Below are positions 1 to 11,607 of a DNA stretch of 64,000 nucleotides, in pieces (position 1 is the first letter of the stretch; each line of letters begins with the position of its first letter). Source of the stretch: Octopus vulgaris (taxonomy: Eukaryota); assembly GCA_951406725.2 (NCBI GenBank), contig OX597843.1:6324001-6388000 (forward strand). Direction: 5' to 3'. The position numbers and the translations under genes were made by a program. The notes under the pieces were generated by a model that made no database searches, was not told the DNA's origin, and was given only the letters and a program-made list of their open reading frames with translations.

Positions 1-1071
1 CGCTTTCGCCAACCCTGAAGGGGAGCTGGAGCAATTGCTTTGTAGGTTGGGTTCCAGATCAGCCTTGACCGTCATCAGCCAGGTTTTTCGTTGTCCACCA
101 CATCGGTTTCGTCAACCCTGAAGGGGAACTGGGGCAATTGCTTCGTAGGTTGGGTTCCAGATCAGCCTTGACCGTCATCAGCCAGGTTTTTCGTTGTCCA
201 CCACATCGGTTTCGCCAACCCTGAAGGGGAACTGGGGCAATTGCTTCGTAGGTTGGGTTCCAGATCAGCCTTGACCGTCATCAGCCAGGTTTTTCGTTGT
301 CCACCACATCGGTTTCGCCAACCCTGAAGGGGAACTGGGGCAATTGCTTCGTAGGTTGGGTTCCAGATCAGCCTTGACCGTCATCAGCCAGGTTTTTGTT
401 GTCCACCACATCGCTTTCGCCAACCCTGAAGGGGGGCTGGGGCAATTGCTTCGTAGGTTGGGTTCCAGATCAGCCTTGACCGTCATCAGCCAGGTTTTTC
501 GTTGTCCACCACATCGGTTTCGCCAACCCTGAAGGGGAACTGGGGCAATTGCTTCGTAGGTTGGGTTCCAGATCAGCCTTGACCGTCATCAGCCAGGTTT
601 TTCGTTGTCCACCACATCGCTTTCGCCAACCCTGAAGGGGAACTGGGGCAATTGCTTCGTAGGTTGGGTTCCAGATCAGCCTTGACCGTCATCAGCCAGG
701 TTTTTCGTTGTCCACCACATCGGTTTCGCCAACCCTGAAGGGGAACTGGGGCAATTGCTTCGTAGGTTGGGTTCCAGATCAGCCTTGACCGTCATCAGCC
801 AGGTTTTTCGTTGTCCACCACATCGGTTTCGCCAACCCTGAAGGGGAACTGGGGCAATTGCTTCGTAGGTTGGGTTCCAGATCAGCCTTGACCGTCATCA
901 GCCAGGTTTTTCGTTGTCCACCACATCGGTTTCGCCAACCCTGAAGGGGAACTGGGGCAATTGCTTCGTAGGTTGGGTTCCAGATCAGCCTTGACCGTCA
1001 TCAGCCAGGTTTTTTGTTGTCCACCACATCGCTTTCGCCAACCCTGAAGGGGGGCTGGGGCAATTGCTTCG
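1..1071 (-). repeat. Minisatellite, ~103-bp unit x >=10, derived from an RTE LINE ORF C-terminal segment
   Basis: ttccagatcagcc recurs every 102-103 bp; the last unit runs into RTE-like RRLRWLGH...GWRKRCGGQQKTW. Confidence 0.9.
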
Positions 1072-1235
1072 TCGATGAATTCTCCTGGTTGACGACGGAG
1101 GGCATGACCCAGCCAACGCAGACGTCTCGTTAGGATGACTTGTCGGAGGGAGGTGATTCTGCACTGGTGTCGCAAAAGACAAAGTGATGCCATCAGACAC
1201 GAAGGATGCGGCGTAGACAGAGGTGATCAAAGGTT
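985..1235 (-). mobile_element. RTE-clade LINE fragment (ORF C-terminal region)
   Basis: Translation RRLRWLGHALRR...KRCGGQQKTW is typical of the RTE ORF end. Confidence 0.75.
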
Positions 1236-1461
1236 TCTAGTCGCTGGAGACCCTTCAAACATTCCTCTTGTATAATGTCCAGATTTATACTGACCGTAGT
1301 TCTTTGTTGCTTGGCATCACACTTCCTGGTCAATTGACCTCTATGCGTTCACTGTCCACCTCACAGGAAAAGCATGCAAAAGCAATGTGCTTTAAACTAG
1401 TCATGTGATCAATCAACATTATTTCTCGTTAGAATTAATTACAGATTCATTGTTCATTTTC

Positions 1462-1817
1462 TTTTACTTGTTTCGGTCATTTTGACTGTGGCCTTGCTGG
1501 AGCACTGCCTTTAGTCAAACAAATCGATCCCAGGGCTTATTCCTTGTATCGGACTCTTTTGTCGAACTGCTAAGTGACGGGGACGTAAACACACCAGCAT
1601 CGGTTGTCAAGCAATGCTAGGGGGACAAACACACACACATATATATATATACACGACGGGCTTCTTTCAGTTTCCGTCTACCAAATCCACTCACAAGGTT
1701 TTGGTTGGCCCGAGGCTATACTAGAAGACACTTGCCCAAGGTGTCACGCAGTGGGACTGAACCCGGAACCATGTGGTCCGTAAGCAAGCTACTTACCACA
1801 CAGCCACTCTTGCACCT
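1462..1817 (-). mobile_element. Major Octopus tRNA-derived SINE (family A)
   Basis: Head GGAGTGGCTGTGTGGTAAG...GGTTCAGTCCCAC (A/B-box-like) and tail GACTGAAACAAGTAAAAG; many copies in the window. Confidence 0.85.
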
Positions 1818-1956
1818 AATGACTGAAACAAGTAAAAGATAAAAAAAAATTACTTCCGATAGGTTTCTCTGCTGAATTGAACTCAGTACCTGACATTCAA
1901 TGTTAGTTTTCGGTAAACCTGCAATGCCTAAGATCTCTGTTATTTCTCATTTGCAG

Positions 1957-2009
1957 AAGCCCCCTTGTCACCCCCTGCAGCTGAGGTGAACCAAGCATCA
2001 TTTGCCCAG
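1957..2009 (+). CDS. Internal exon of unidentified plus-strand gene (APLSPPAAEVNQASFAQ)
   Basis: ttgcag acceptor, CAG|gtaggt donor; phase 0 matches next exon. Confidence 0.7.
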
Positions 2010-2436
2010 GTAGGTTTCTGAATTGGATGTACACAACACTATGCCATGATACCACTCTGTCTACTACCTCCACAATCACCACAAACATCTCCACTACTAC
2101 AACCTTCACTTCCACCATCTGATTGGTAAGCAAACTTCTCAATGACACAGCCACACTTGTGCCTAAACTATTACATCACCAACACCACCCTACTACTACC
2201 AACACCATCTCCACAATCACCACTACCACCGTTGCCACTACTACAACCTTCACCACCACTATCATCACCTCCACTACTACAACCTACACTTCCACCATCT
2301 GATTGGTAAGCAAACTTCTCAATGACACAGCCACACTTGTGCCTAAACTATCACATCACCAACACCACCCTACTACAACAACTACTGCCACACCACTCAA
2401 TCTAATTAATTAAAAAAAATTTTTTTCTTCCCTCAG

Positions 2437-2641
2437 AAATTGAAAAGTGGTAAAGTCCGCAAGAACAAAGTGACGGTCGGCCCCAGCCCAGCCAGTGCGT
2501 CATCGTCATCATTGCAACCCGGCTTCCCCCTGCGCAGTTCTAAATACGGTTCTGACAGCGAGATAAGTGACCCCGATGTCGGTGTACCAAATTACAAGAA
2601 CTCGTTTGGCGCTTCCCTGGATAATCTTGGACATAATGATG
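2437..2641 (+). CDS. Penultimate coding exon of unidentified gene (KLKSGKVRKNK...SLDNLGHND), Ser-rich and likely disordered
   Basis: Polypyrimidine tract + cag acceptor, G|gtacgt donor, open frame. Confidence 0.8.
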
Positions 2642-3127
2642 GTACGTAGTGTGTTACGGTACGATGTGGGGTAGCCTTGGAAGGACCCCAACCCCCGGGG
2701 GGCCCCACAGCAGAAGTATTGAGAGTGGTTTATCTCTTCTTCAGTCACAGAAACCGAATGTGTTGGTGCTCCAGGCTGATGAGACAATCGCTCTTGTGTT
2801 ATTCCAGTCAACACATGTCAACTGGTAGCGCTAATTGACGGCTCGTCGTCATTAAATTACAGGATGGGAGCACTGAGCAGTGACACGTGTATCATGTCTC
2901 AACTGTCACACTGTACACAATGGACCTCAGCGTATTACAGTGTGCAGTATATACATTGTCATCACGCATGCTTTCGTAGCTTGTTCAGAATCCTACAGCA
3001 GAAGTTTCCCCAATCGTGCACCAGTTTTCCCATCGGACGAGGCCATAATGTTATTTTGTTCTTTCTCATAAAGTTTTCTTGGTAGAGATATGGCTAATGC
3101 CAAGGTATTTGTACTACTACTACTGCT

Positions 3128-3632
3128 GTGGAGGCGCGTGGCTTAGTGGTTAGGGTGTCAGAATCATGATCATAAGATTGTGGTTTCGATTCCTGGACCG
3201 GGCAACGCAATGTGTTCTTGAGCAAAACACTTCATTTTCACGTTGCTCCAGTCCAATCAGCTGGCAAAAATGAGTAACACTATGATGGACTGGCGTCCTG
3301 TCCAGCTGGGGAACACATACGCCATTCATCATCCTCGTTTAACGTCCGTTTTCCATGCTAGCATGGGTTGGACGGTTCGACCGGGTTCCGGGAAGCCAGG
3401 AGGCTGCACCAGGCTCCAGTCTGATCTGGCAGCGTTTCTACAGCTGGATGCCCTTCCTAACGCCAACCACTCCGCGAGTGTAGTTGGTGTTTTTTACGTG
3501 CCAGACGAGGCTGGCGAACGGCCACGCTCGGATGGTGTTCGTTACGTGCTAAAGTCCATTGATGTTCATCGATTTTGATTTGAAACCGGGAAACTGGGCC
3601 CATGAGCCTGGCTGGGCTTTAAAAGGTCTCAT
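3128..3632 (+). mobile_element. tRNA-derived SINE (family B) interrupted by an antisense RTE 3'-tail copy (3326-3580)
   Basis: Uninterrupted copies at 39660-39912 and 57803-58042 show the two halves are contiguous. Confidence 0.8.
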
Positions 3633-3696
3633 TTATATATTTATTTACTACTACTACCAGTATTATTTTCAGCCTTTTTTCTTCTCTCTTCTGCAG

Positions 3697-3773
3697 GTTC
3701 CAGACCAAAGGGTGGCAAGAAGAAGAAGATGAAGATGCTCTTCTCTACTACAATGGCTCGTGTGGACTTTTAA
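3697..3773 (+). CDS. Terminal coding exon of unidentified gene (GSRPKGGKKKKMKMLFSTTMARVDF*)
   Basis: Long polypyrimidine tract + ctgcag; phase 1 matches; TAA at 3771-3773. Confidence 0.78.
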
Positions 3774-3885
3774 GCTTCCTCTACTCACAAACACACATTT
3801 CTATATAAACGTTTCTGTTTCTTTGCCCCTTTCTCTCTTTCTTTATCTTTATACACACACATACACAGACACGCATACACGCATG

Positions 3886-4332
3886 TGTGGGTGCTTGAAA
3901 ATTTCCTGGCTTTGGGTAAAAGAAAACAGAGGCAGCTCAGTCAATTAGGATTTTATTAAACGTATTCCCCTCTCTCAGATTCACACACTTATTGCAGAAG
4001 TCCTTGAGGTTTTCTAAGCCCTGTAAAAGAACTCAGAAGGTTGGGCCTCCAACCAAGACTTTTGCGATACCCTTAAAACCAGGAACTTTACAACACCCCT
4101 TTGTGTCTATATATACATATACATGCACACACACACACACATATATATGAGAGTTTGCTAAAAAATTTCCTGGCTTTGGGTAAAAGAAACTACAAGAGAA
4201 TCGGTTATGATTTTATTCAACATATTCCCCTCTCAGATTTACACACTTATTGCAGGGGTCTTTGGAAGGCTGGGCTTCCAGTCAGGCCTTTTGCAACCCC
4301 CTTAAAGCCAGGAACTTTTCAGCATTCCCCCA
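3886..4332. mobile_element. Two adjacent copies of a ~200-bp Tc1/mariner-like MITE
   Basis: TIRs GAAAA(T/G)TTCCTGGCTTT...AAAGCCAGGAACTTTTC; copies at 3886-4100 and 4148-4332 in TA-rich context. Confidence 0.6.
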
Positions 4333-6019
4333 TATATATATATAATATACATACACACATATATATAATGCCATTTTACTTGTCTCTCTCCCTCTCTCTC
4401 TCACACCAAGAACTCTTCTTTTAACTTACCAGAAAATTCCTAGCCTGATTTCTCTAACAATTTATTTAACATGAAATTTATTTAAAAAAAAACAAACCCA
4501 GAAATCCTTTTTCTTCCTCTTCCTCCCTCCTCATTTTCCCCCTTCATTCTGTTTGACCAGCTTCCTTCTCTTTTATATCCTTCCCCCCTCTCTGTCCCTT
4601 ATGACCCCTTTTTTCCAACTAACTTTGCTAGACCATTGATATTTCTTCCCCACTTCCTCCTTGTGGATTCTCTCTCCTTTGACCCCTTCAGCATTTACAT
4701 TCTCTACATTATCTCTCTCTCTCTGACCCCTTCTCACCTATCTTTGTTCAGCTTTCTTGCTTCTGCTCTCTCCCACCCTCACCCAATAAAGAACTACACC
4801 TTTTGACCTCCCTTCTCCCTGACCAACCCTGCCACAGGTCAATGTTATCAGGGTCCCATGGAAACATAGGCCATGTGAGAATTCCTTCAGGAAATTGGGG
4901 TAGTAAAGGGTTGCCATGGATACCCCAGTTTGTGGTGGTGGAAAGTGTTTGACCCTAGTAGAGTAGGGGATATTGGTAGGGAGTTGTGACCTTCTGGAGT
5001 TGGTGGTAGTGGGTATCATTGAATGTGACAATCTTAGTGGAGTAGGGGACATTGTTAGGGGGTTGGCCTACTGGAGTTAGTGGGGGCAGTGGTGGTGATG
5101 GTGACATTTGGTGTGAGGGTCCCAGTGGAATAGTTAGTGGATTGGGCTGTTGTGGTGACCCCAGCAGAAGACAATGCTGTTGTGATGACCCTAGTGGAGT
5201 AGGGACTGCATTGTAGTGTGGTGACCCAATGATCTAGTTCAGGGGCCCAGCTCTCTCATCTGTTTGGCTCCCTGTGAACCTAATGGGTTAACATAATACA
5301 TCAGTATGTAACCCCACTTACTCAGTGGGTTTATAAGGGAATGATAGTGTGTTAAGGATTATTAATGTTACAGAAGTGTGCCCCCTGTTCCACTAGTCAA
5401 CTCTCCTTTCAGCAATGTTCCATGGGTAAAACTGTGGTAAACAGTGGCCCTCAGTGGGGTCATGGATGTTACCCAGTGCCTGACAGAGGGTTACTCTATG
5501 TTACCTTTAATGGTAAATTCAGTTGCCCACAGTGGGTTGATGGATGTTAACATGGAAGGTAAGCCCCAGGGCCTACAATGGGTTACTGGATGTTAATCAA
5601 TGAGATAAACTCAGTGCTATATTGTGGGTTACTCAATGTTAACCCCACTGGGTCCACAAGAGAATTACTGGCCGTAAGTCCTGTTGTAAACCCCATGTGA
5701 ATCATTTGGTGTTAAGTTCTGTTGTAAATCCTTTGACCTGAAAATGGGTTGTAAGCGCTGGGGTAAAACCACTGCTATGTAGTGGGTTTCTGAATGTGAA
5801 CTTCAATGGTAAACCCTGTGGTCCAGAAGTGGGTTACTGGAGGTTCAGTTCTTTTGTAAACATTGTCTCTGTCAGCTTCAGTTTGCTAAACCTTATGGCT
5901 CCACTGTGGGTCACCGGATGTTCTTTGGTAACCCTTAAGGACCATGGTACTGGAGGATGTAGGAAATTTTGTAATGCCCTAAATACTTTAGTCCAAACGA
6001 TATCATGTTATTGTCCTGG

Positions 6020-6587
6020 TTAAAGGGCTTAGCGGCATTTGTTTTTGGTTTCTGCATTCTGAGTTCAAATTCTGCAGCGGTTGTCTTTCACCCTTCTGGT
6101 ACTGATAAAATAAAATACCAGTGAAATACTGGGGGAGGGCCAGTGGTATAAACTAGCCCACTCTCCCAAATTTTGGGCCCTGTTCTGAAAATTAGGAAGT
6201 TATTATTCAGGTGGGACACTGGCGGAATCGTTAGCATATCAGACACAATGCTTATCAGCAATTTGTCCATCTTTAAGATCTGAGTTCAAATTCCACTGAG
6301 GTTGACTTTGCCTTTCATCTTTTCGGGGTCAGTAAAATAAGTAGAAAGGATTATTATTATAGCTGAACTGAGGGAGCAAGTTGGAAAAAAAATGCCTTGT
6401 ATTTATTTATGTTTCGTAGTCCCTTTCCGAGTTCCCTAATCTTTCCTCAGGCTACAGTTTCCACCTACCAAATCGTCTCAGGTCGGCCCAGGGCTATAAT
6501 TAGGAGCCACTTGAACCCTGGACTGTGTGGTTGGGAAGCGGACTTCTTGACCACACAGCCTAGTCTGCAACTGTATGTGTGTGTATT

Positions 6588-6626
<39 letters not shown>

Positions 6627-8545
6627 TGGGTTTCTCTGTACCAGATCCAGTCCAGTCCCACTGCATGGCACCTTTGGTAAGTGTCTTCTGCTATAGTCTC
6701 GGGCTGACCAAAGCCTTGTGAGTGGATTTGGTAGACGGAAACTGAAAGAAGCCTGTCATATGTATATATATATATGTGTAAATGTTTGTCCTCCCACCCT
6801 CGCTTGACAACTTAGCGGTTTGGCAAAAGAGACCGATAGGATATATACTAGACTTACAAAGAATAAGTCCTGGGGTCGATTTGTTCAACGAAAGGTGGTG
6901 CTCCAGCATGGCCACAGTCAAATGACTGAAACAAGTAAAAGAATAATAATAATTGTTTTATTGGCCTCAAGGGCGGATAATTATAAACAATGGTTTCATA
7001 TTTGGGTGCAAGGTCGGCAATTTTTGACAGAAGAGAATTCCAATGACCCCAGTTCATGACTAGTACTTTTATTTTATTGACCCCCAGGGGGATGAAAGGC
7101 AGTGTTGACCGTATCAGAATTTGAAGTCAGAAAGTAAAACTGGAAGAGATACTGCTAAGCTAACAATTCTGCCAGGTCATTGCTATAATAATCCTTTCTA
7201 CTGAAATTTGGGGCAGAGGGATAGACGATTACTTTGACCCCAGTGTATAACTGGTACTTATTTTATTGACCCACAAAAAGAATGAAAGGCAAAGTCGACC
7301 CTGGCAGAATTTGGAACATAGCGGCAGATGAAATACTTTTAAGCACTTCGCCTGAGGTGCTAACGATTCTGCCGGCTTATTGCCTTAATAATAATAAAGA
7401 GGAGCAGAAAGGGGTGGTGGTGATAATGATAATCCCTTCTACTATAGGCACAGGGCCTGAAATTAGTGGGAGAGGGATAGCTGATTACATTGACCCCTAG
7501 TCCTTGACTGGTACTTATTTCATTGACCAAGAAGGGCCTCTGTGGTATTTAAACTTCAAATGATTGGACAAACAAAACTCCAGTCTGCATTTCGTCTGGT
7601 AATTAACAATTCTGCCTTCACCGAAATAGTAGTAGTAGTAGTAATAGTGATCCTTTCTACTGAAGGCGCAGGGCCTGTAATTTGGTTGGGAGGCGGGGTT
7701 AGGAAAATAGTTGATCGTGTCAAATATATGAAGGTCTGGTATTTTATTTTATTAATCCTCCCCACCCTGAAAGGCAAAGTTGACCTCAGTTCAATTTGAA
7801 TTCCGTGTGTAAATAATAATAACAACAAAGTACCAGCCAGGTTTGATGCTATCCTCTGCTTGCCTGCTTCTCTCTAAATTCCACTCTTTGTGCCAAAAAT
7901 CCAAAATTATTATTATTATTATCATGAGGATGGCAAACTGGCAGAACGGTTGCCACGCCAGGCAGAATGTTTTGTGATATTTCATCTGTTTGTATATTCG
8001 GAGTCCGTTTCCGCCAAAGTCGACATTACCCTTCATCCTTTCAGGGTCAATAAAATAAGTACCAGTTACGCACTGGGGTCAATGTCATCAACTAGTTCCC
8101 TCCCCCAATATTTCAGGCTGTGTGCCCTTAATAGAAAGGATTATTATTATTAAATGTAGGACAAAGTGCAGCTTTTTTCCTCCAGCGCTTAGCTTAAAGG
8201 TCGACTTTGCCTTTCATCCTTTTGGGGTTGATCGTAAAAATAAGTACCGGTTGTGAACTGGGGTCAATGTGAACAATTTATATACCTCTGCGAAAGTTTC
8301 AGGCCTTGGGGCCTATAATATAAAGGATTGTAGTTATGAATAAAGCAGCGAAGTGTCCGAATGGTTAGCGGCATTACATGTCAAGTTCCGAGTTCAAATT
8401 CTGCCGAGTCTGACTTTGCCTTTCATCCTTTTGGGGTTGATAAATTTAGTACCAGTAAAATACTTGGGTGGGGGTCAACATGATTGATTACCTCTTCTCC
8501 ACGAATTTTAGGCTTTGGGGTCTATCGTAGAAACGGTTATTATTT
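6020..8545. mobile_element. Cluster of decayed family C tRNA-SINEs in both orientations, plus a family A SINE
   Basis: Recurrent GAGTTCAAATTC..GTCGACTTTGCCTTTCATCCTTTCGGGGTC..AAGTACCAGT motif. Confidence 0.75.
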
Positions 8546-9343
8546 ATTATTATGAATGCCAAATCATAGGGATTGTTAGCACCTGGTGCCTTGGCTCCCC
8601 TGTTAGATCCCATTCCAAGCCTCTTAATCTGGAAACCAACCCCGCCTCTCCCAAATGCACGTTCTGAGGGGCTGGGTTTTCTTTTCATCCTCAGCGAATG
8701 CAGTGTTGTTGATAAAGTACTGCAGAGGAGAGTGAGGCCTTAATACCTCCTATCTTTCTCCCATTCTTCATACCTCCACATGACCACCACTCCTTAAAAA
8801 AAAATGTGTATACCTTTGTAAAAATGTATGGATTTTTATTATCTTGCCCCTTTTTTTCTCCCTACTGTTTTTATCTCTTTCATGTTTTCTTTCCTTCTTA
8901 AATTATTATTATTTTTCGAAGCAGCAGTTTGTTACTCCAGAGATGAAATAAAAATGATTATTGTTGGCTGGGAGCTGTAACCCCTTTTGAGTTATTTTTT
9001 GTAACGTTGCCCAGTGGATTGGAAAGGCCCTAAAGTAAGTACTGAACTGGTCATTTAACCCTTCACCCCGGTGTCCACTCTATGGAGTGGTTGGCAATAG
9101 GAAGAGCATCCAGCCGTAAAAACCCTGCCAAAATGGACACAGTAGCCTGGGAGTAGTCTTCCCAACTGGCCCCTGCCAACTGTCTTACCTACAGATGTTA
9201 AATGATAATGTCCCTACATCATATTCCCCAGTTTTTTTTCAACCACCCAAGTAATATGGGTTAACGTCACAGGCTTGCTATGATGACTCATTTTGTATAA
9301 TTCTTTAGTGTCCAACTATGACTGTCTCTTCTAACAGACTTGC

Positions 9344-10035
9344 TTAACCATTTCATTTTGAGATGCTCTGTGTTTCTTTCAATTAATTTTAAATATAACA
9401 AAGAATTTAGTAAAATAACTTAGTTATCATTAAGCTAGTGTTAGGAACATAAATTGTGACTAAGGTTTGGTGGAAGATTTTAATTCAGAACTTATGGAAA
9501 CAAGACATTTGTACTACAGAGCCAGAGCCGGTTTTCAACCAGGTTGGTACCAAAAGGGTTAAGAATTGTTTTTCTATTATATATCTTAACCCTTTTGTTA
9601 CCATATTTCTTCTGCTTGAGTTGCTCTGTATTTCTTTCAATTACTTTAAATATAACAAAGAATTTAGTAAAATAACTTAGTTATCATTCAGCTAGTGTTA
9701 GGAACATAAATTGTGACTAAGGTTTGGTGGAAGATTTTAATTCAAAACTTATGAAAACAAGACATTTGTACTACAGAGCCAGAGGTGGTTTCAACCAGGT
9801 TGGTATCAAAAGGGTTAAGAATTGTTTCTCTATTATATATCTTAACCCTTTTGTTACCATATTTCTGTTGAGATGCTCTGTGTTTCTTTCAATTACTTTA
9901 AATATAACAAAGAATTTAGTAAAATAACTTAGTTATCATTCAGCTAGTGTTAGGAACATAAATTGTGACTAAGGTTTGGTGGAAGATTTTAATCCAGAAC
10001 TTATGAAAACAAGACATTTATACTACAGAGCTAGG
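9344..10035. mobile_element. Three tandem copies of a piggyBac-like MITE (period ~256 bp)
   Basis: TTAA-CCCTTTTG...CAAAAGGG-TTAA termini with a near-identical spacer between copies. Confidence 0.75.
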
Positions 10036-10076
10036 TTAACCCTTTGCCTGTTCTGTGAATTATATATACAATAATA

Positions 10077-10380
10077 GGCACAGGAGCGGTAAGTAGCTTG
10101 CTTACCAACCACATGGTTCCGGGTTCAGTCCCACTGCCTGGCACCTTGGGCAAGTGTCGTCTACTATAACCTCGGGCTGACCAAAGCCTTGTGAGTGGAT
10201 TTGGTAGATGGAAACTGAAAAGAAGCCCGTTGTGTGTGTGTTGGTTCCCCCAACATAGCTTGACAACCACTGCTGGTGTTTTTACGTCTCCGTAACTCGG
10301 CAAGAGAGACTGATAGAATAAGTCCTGGGGTCGATTTGCCTGACAAAAGTCGGTGCATGGCCGTAGTCAAGTGATTGAAA
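10077..10380 (+). mobile_element. Family A tRNA-SINE
   Basis: Matches other copies. Confidence 0.8.
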
Positions 10381-10897
10381 TTAAAATGTACTTTTACTCG
10401 TTTGGATTTAAACGAGTTGACTTGGACATTGAAAAAATACATAGAACTTAACTATAATTGATTTTGTTAAAAATGAGAGTTTATTTAGAATGTTAAAGGA
10501 GTTAGATGCAAAGTTGTCTGCTTTGTCTTCGAATTGGACAAGGGATTGATTTCGTGCCATGCACGAGTATCTTTCTGATTATCTTCTTTGTCGTCTTCTC
10601 AACTACACTTGTCTAATTCATCCCCAGATCGTGAAATGAAAAATCGATTTCATGATCGCTGAATAAATCTAAATCTTCATCCATTTTGAGAGAGAAAAAA
10701 AAATGTGTAAATAATTCTTTTCTTTGTATAAATAAAAGAGAATCAAAACAAGACGGCTCTGAATTGAGAATGAACTGAAGTAAAGTTCAAAACTGGTGTG
10801 TATAAGAATCCCCAAAGCAGTCTCGAAATAGCAACCAAATTTCCCTCAACAAAGAGATTGTTTGTTTGTGTGTGTGAGAAAAATGGGTCTCAAGACA

Positions 10898-11607
10898 GCA
10901 TTGCCATAGTTACCAAATCTTTTCATTAATTTAAACAAAAATTTAAATATCTTTATTTTTTTGCTGTTTTGTTTGTTAAATGGTGGTTTGGGTTTCAATT
11001 CCTTCCTGGTCTAAAAGTAATTTTTTTTTTGTTATTTACTGAAATAAACTTAAATATCTTAATTTTTTTATTAATATTGTTGCTGCTTTGGTGGCCTAGT
11101 AGGTAGGGTGTTTAGAAGTAGTGACTTAATAGAGGTGGAGGTTTCAAATCTCTTCCTAGGAAATAAGGGGGTCTTACCAAACTTTTTCACTTTTTTTTTT
11201 ATCTCTAGGGAAAAAAGTGAAAAATTTTAGTAAGACCCCCTTATTTCCTAGGAAGAGATTTGAAACCTCCACCTCTATTAAGTCACTACTTCTAAACACC
11301 CTACCTACTAGGCCACCAAAGCAGCAACAATATTAATAAAAAAATTAAGATATTTAAGTTTATTTCAGTAAATAACAAAAAAAAAATTACTTTTAGACCA
11401 GGAAGGAATTGAAACCCAAACCACCATTTAACAATGTTAAAGGGGTAAAAAAACGAAGATATTTACTGAAATGAATTTAAATAATAATCTTTAGACTAGG
11501 AAGGAATTGAAACCCAAACCACCATTTAACAGACAAAACAGCAAAAAAATAAAGATATTTAAATTTTTGTTTAAATTAATGAAAAGATTTGGTAACTATG
11601 GCAATGC
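10898..11607. repeat. Long near-perfect palindrome (arms ~300 bp; right arm has a ~100-bp internal duplication)
   Basis: 10898-11195 is the reverse complement of 11211-11433 plus ~11530-11607. Confidence 0.92.

Noticed and set aside
1-1071. CRISPR-like appearance of the regular arrays (also at 25.2 kb and 38.5 kb)
   Set aside because: Whole units repeat with no unique spacers, there are no cas genes, and the context is eukaryotic
3128-3200. tRNA genes at SINE heads (also 39660, 40120, 57803, 11085)
   Set aside because: A/B boxes are present but I could not build a cloverleaf, and most continue into SINE bodies
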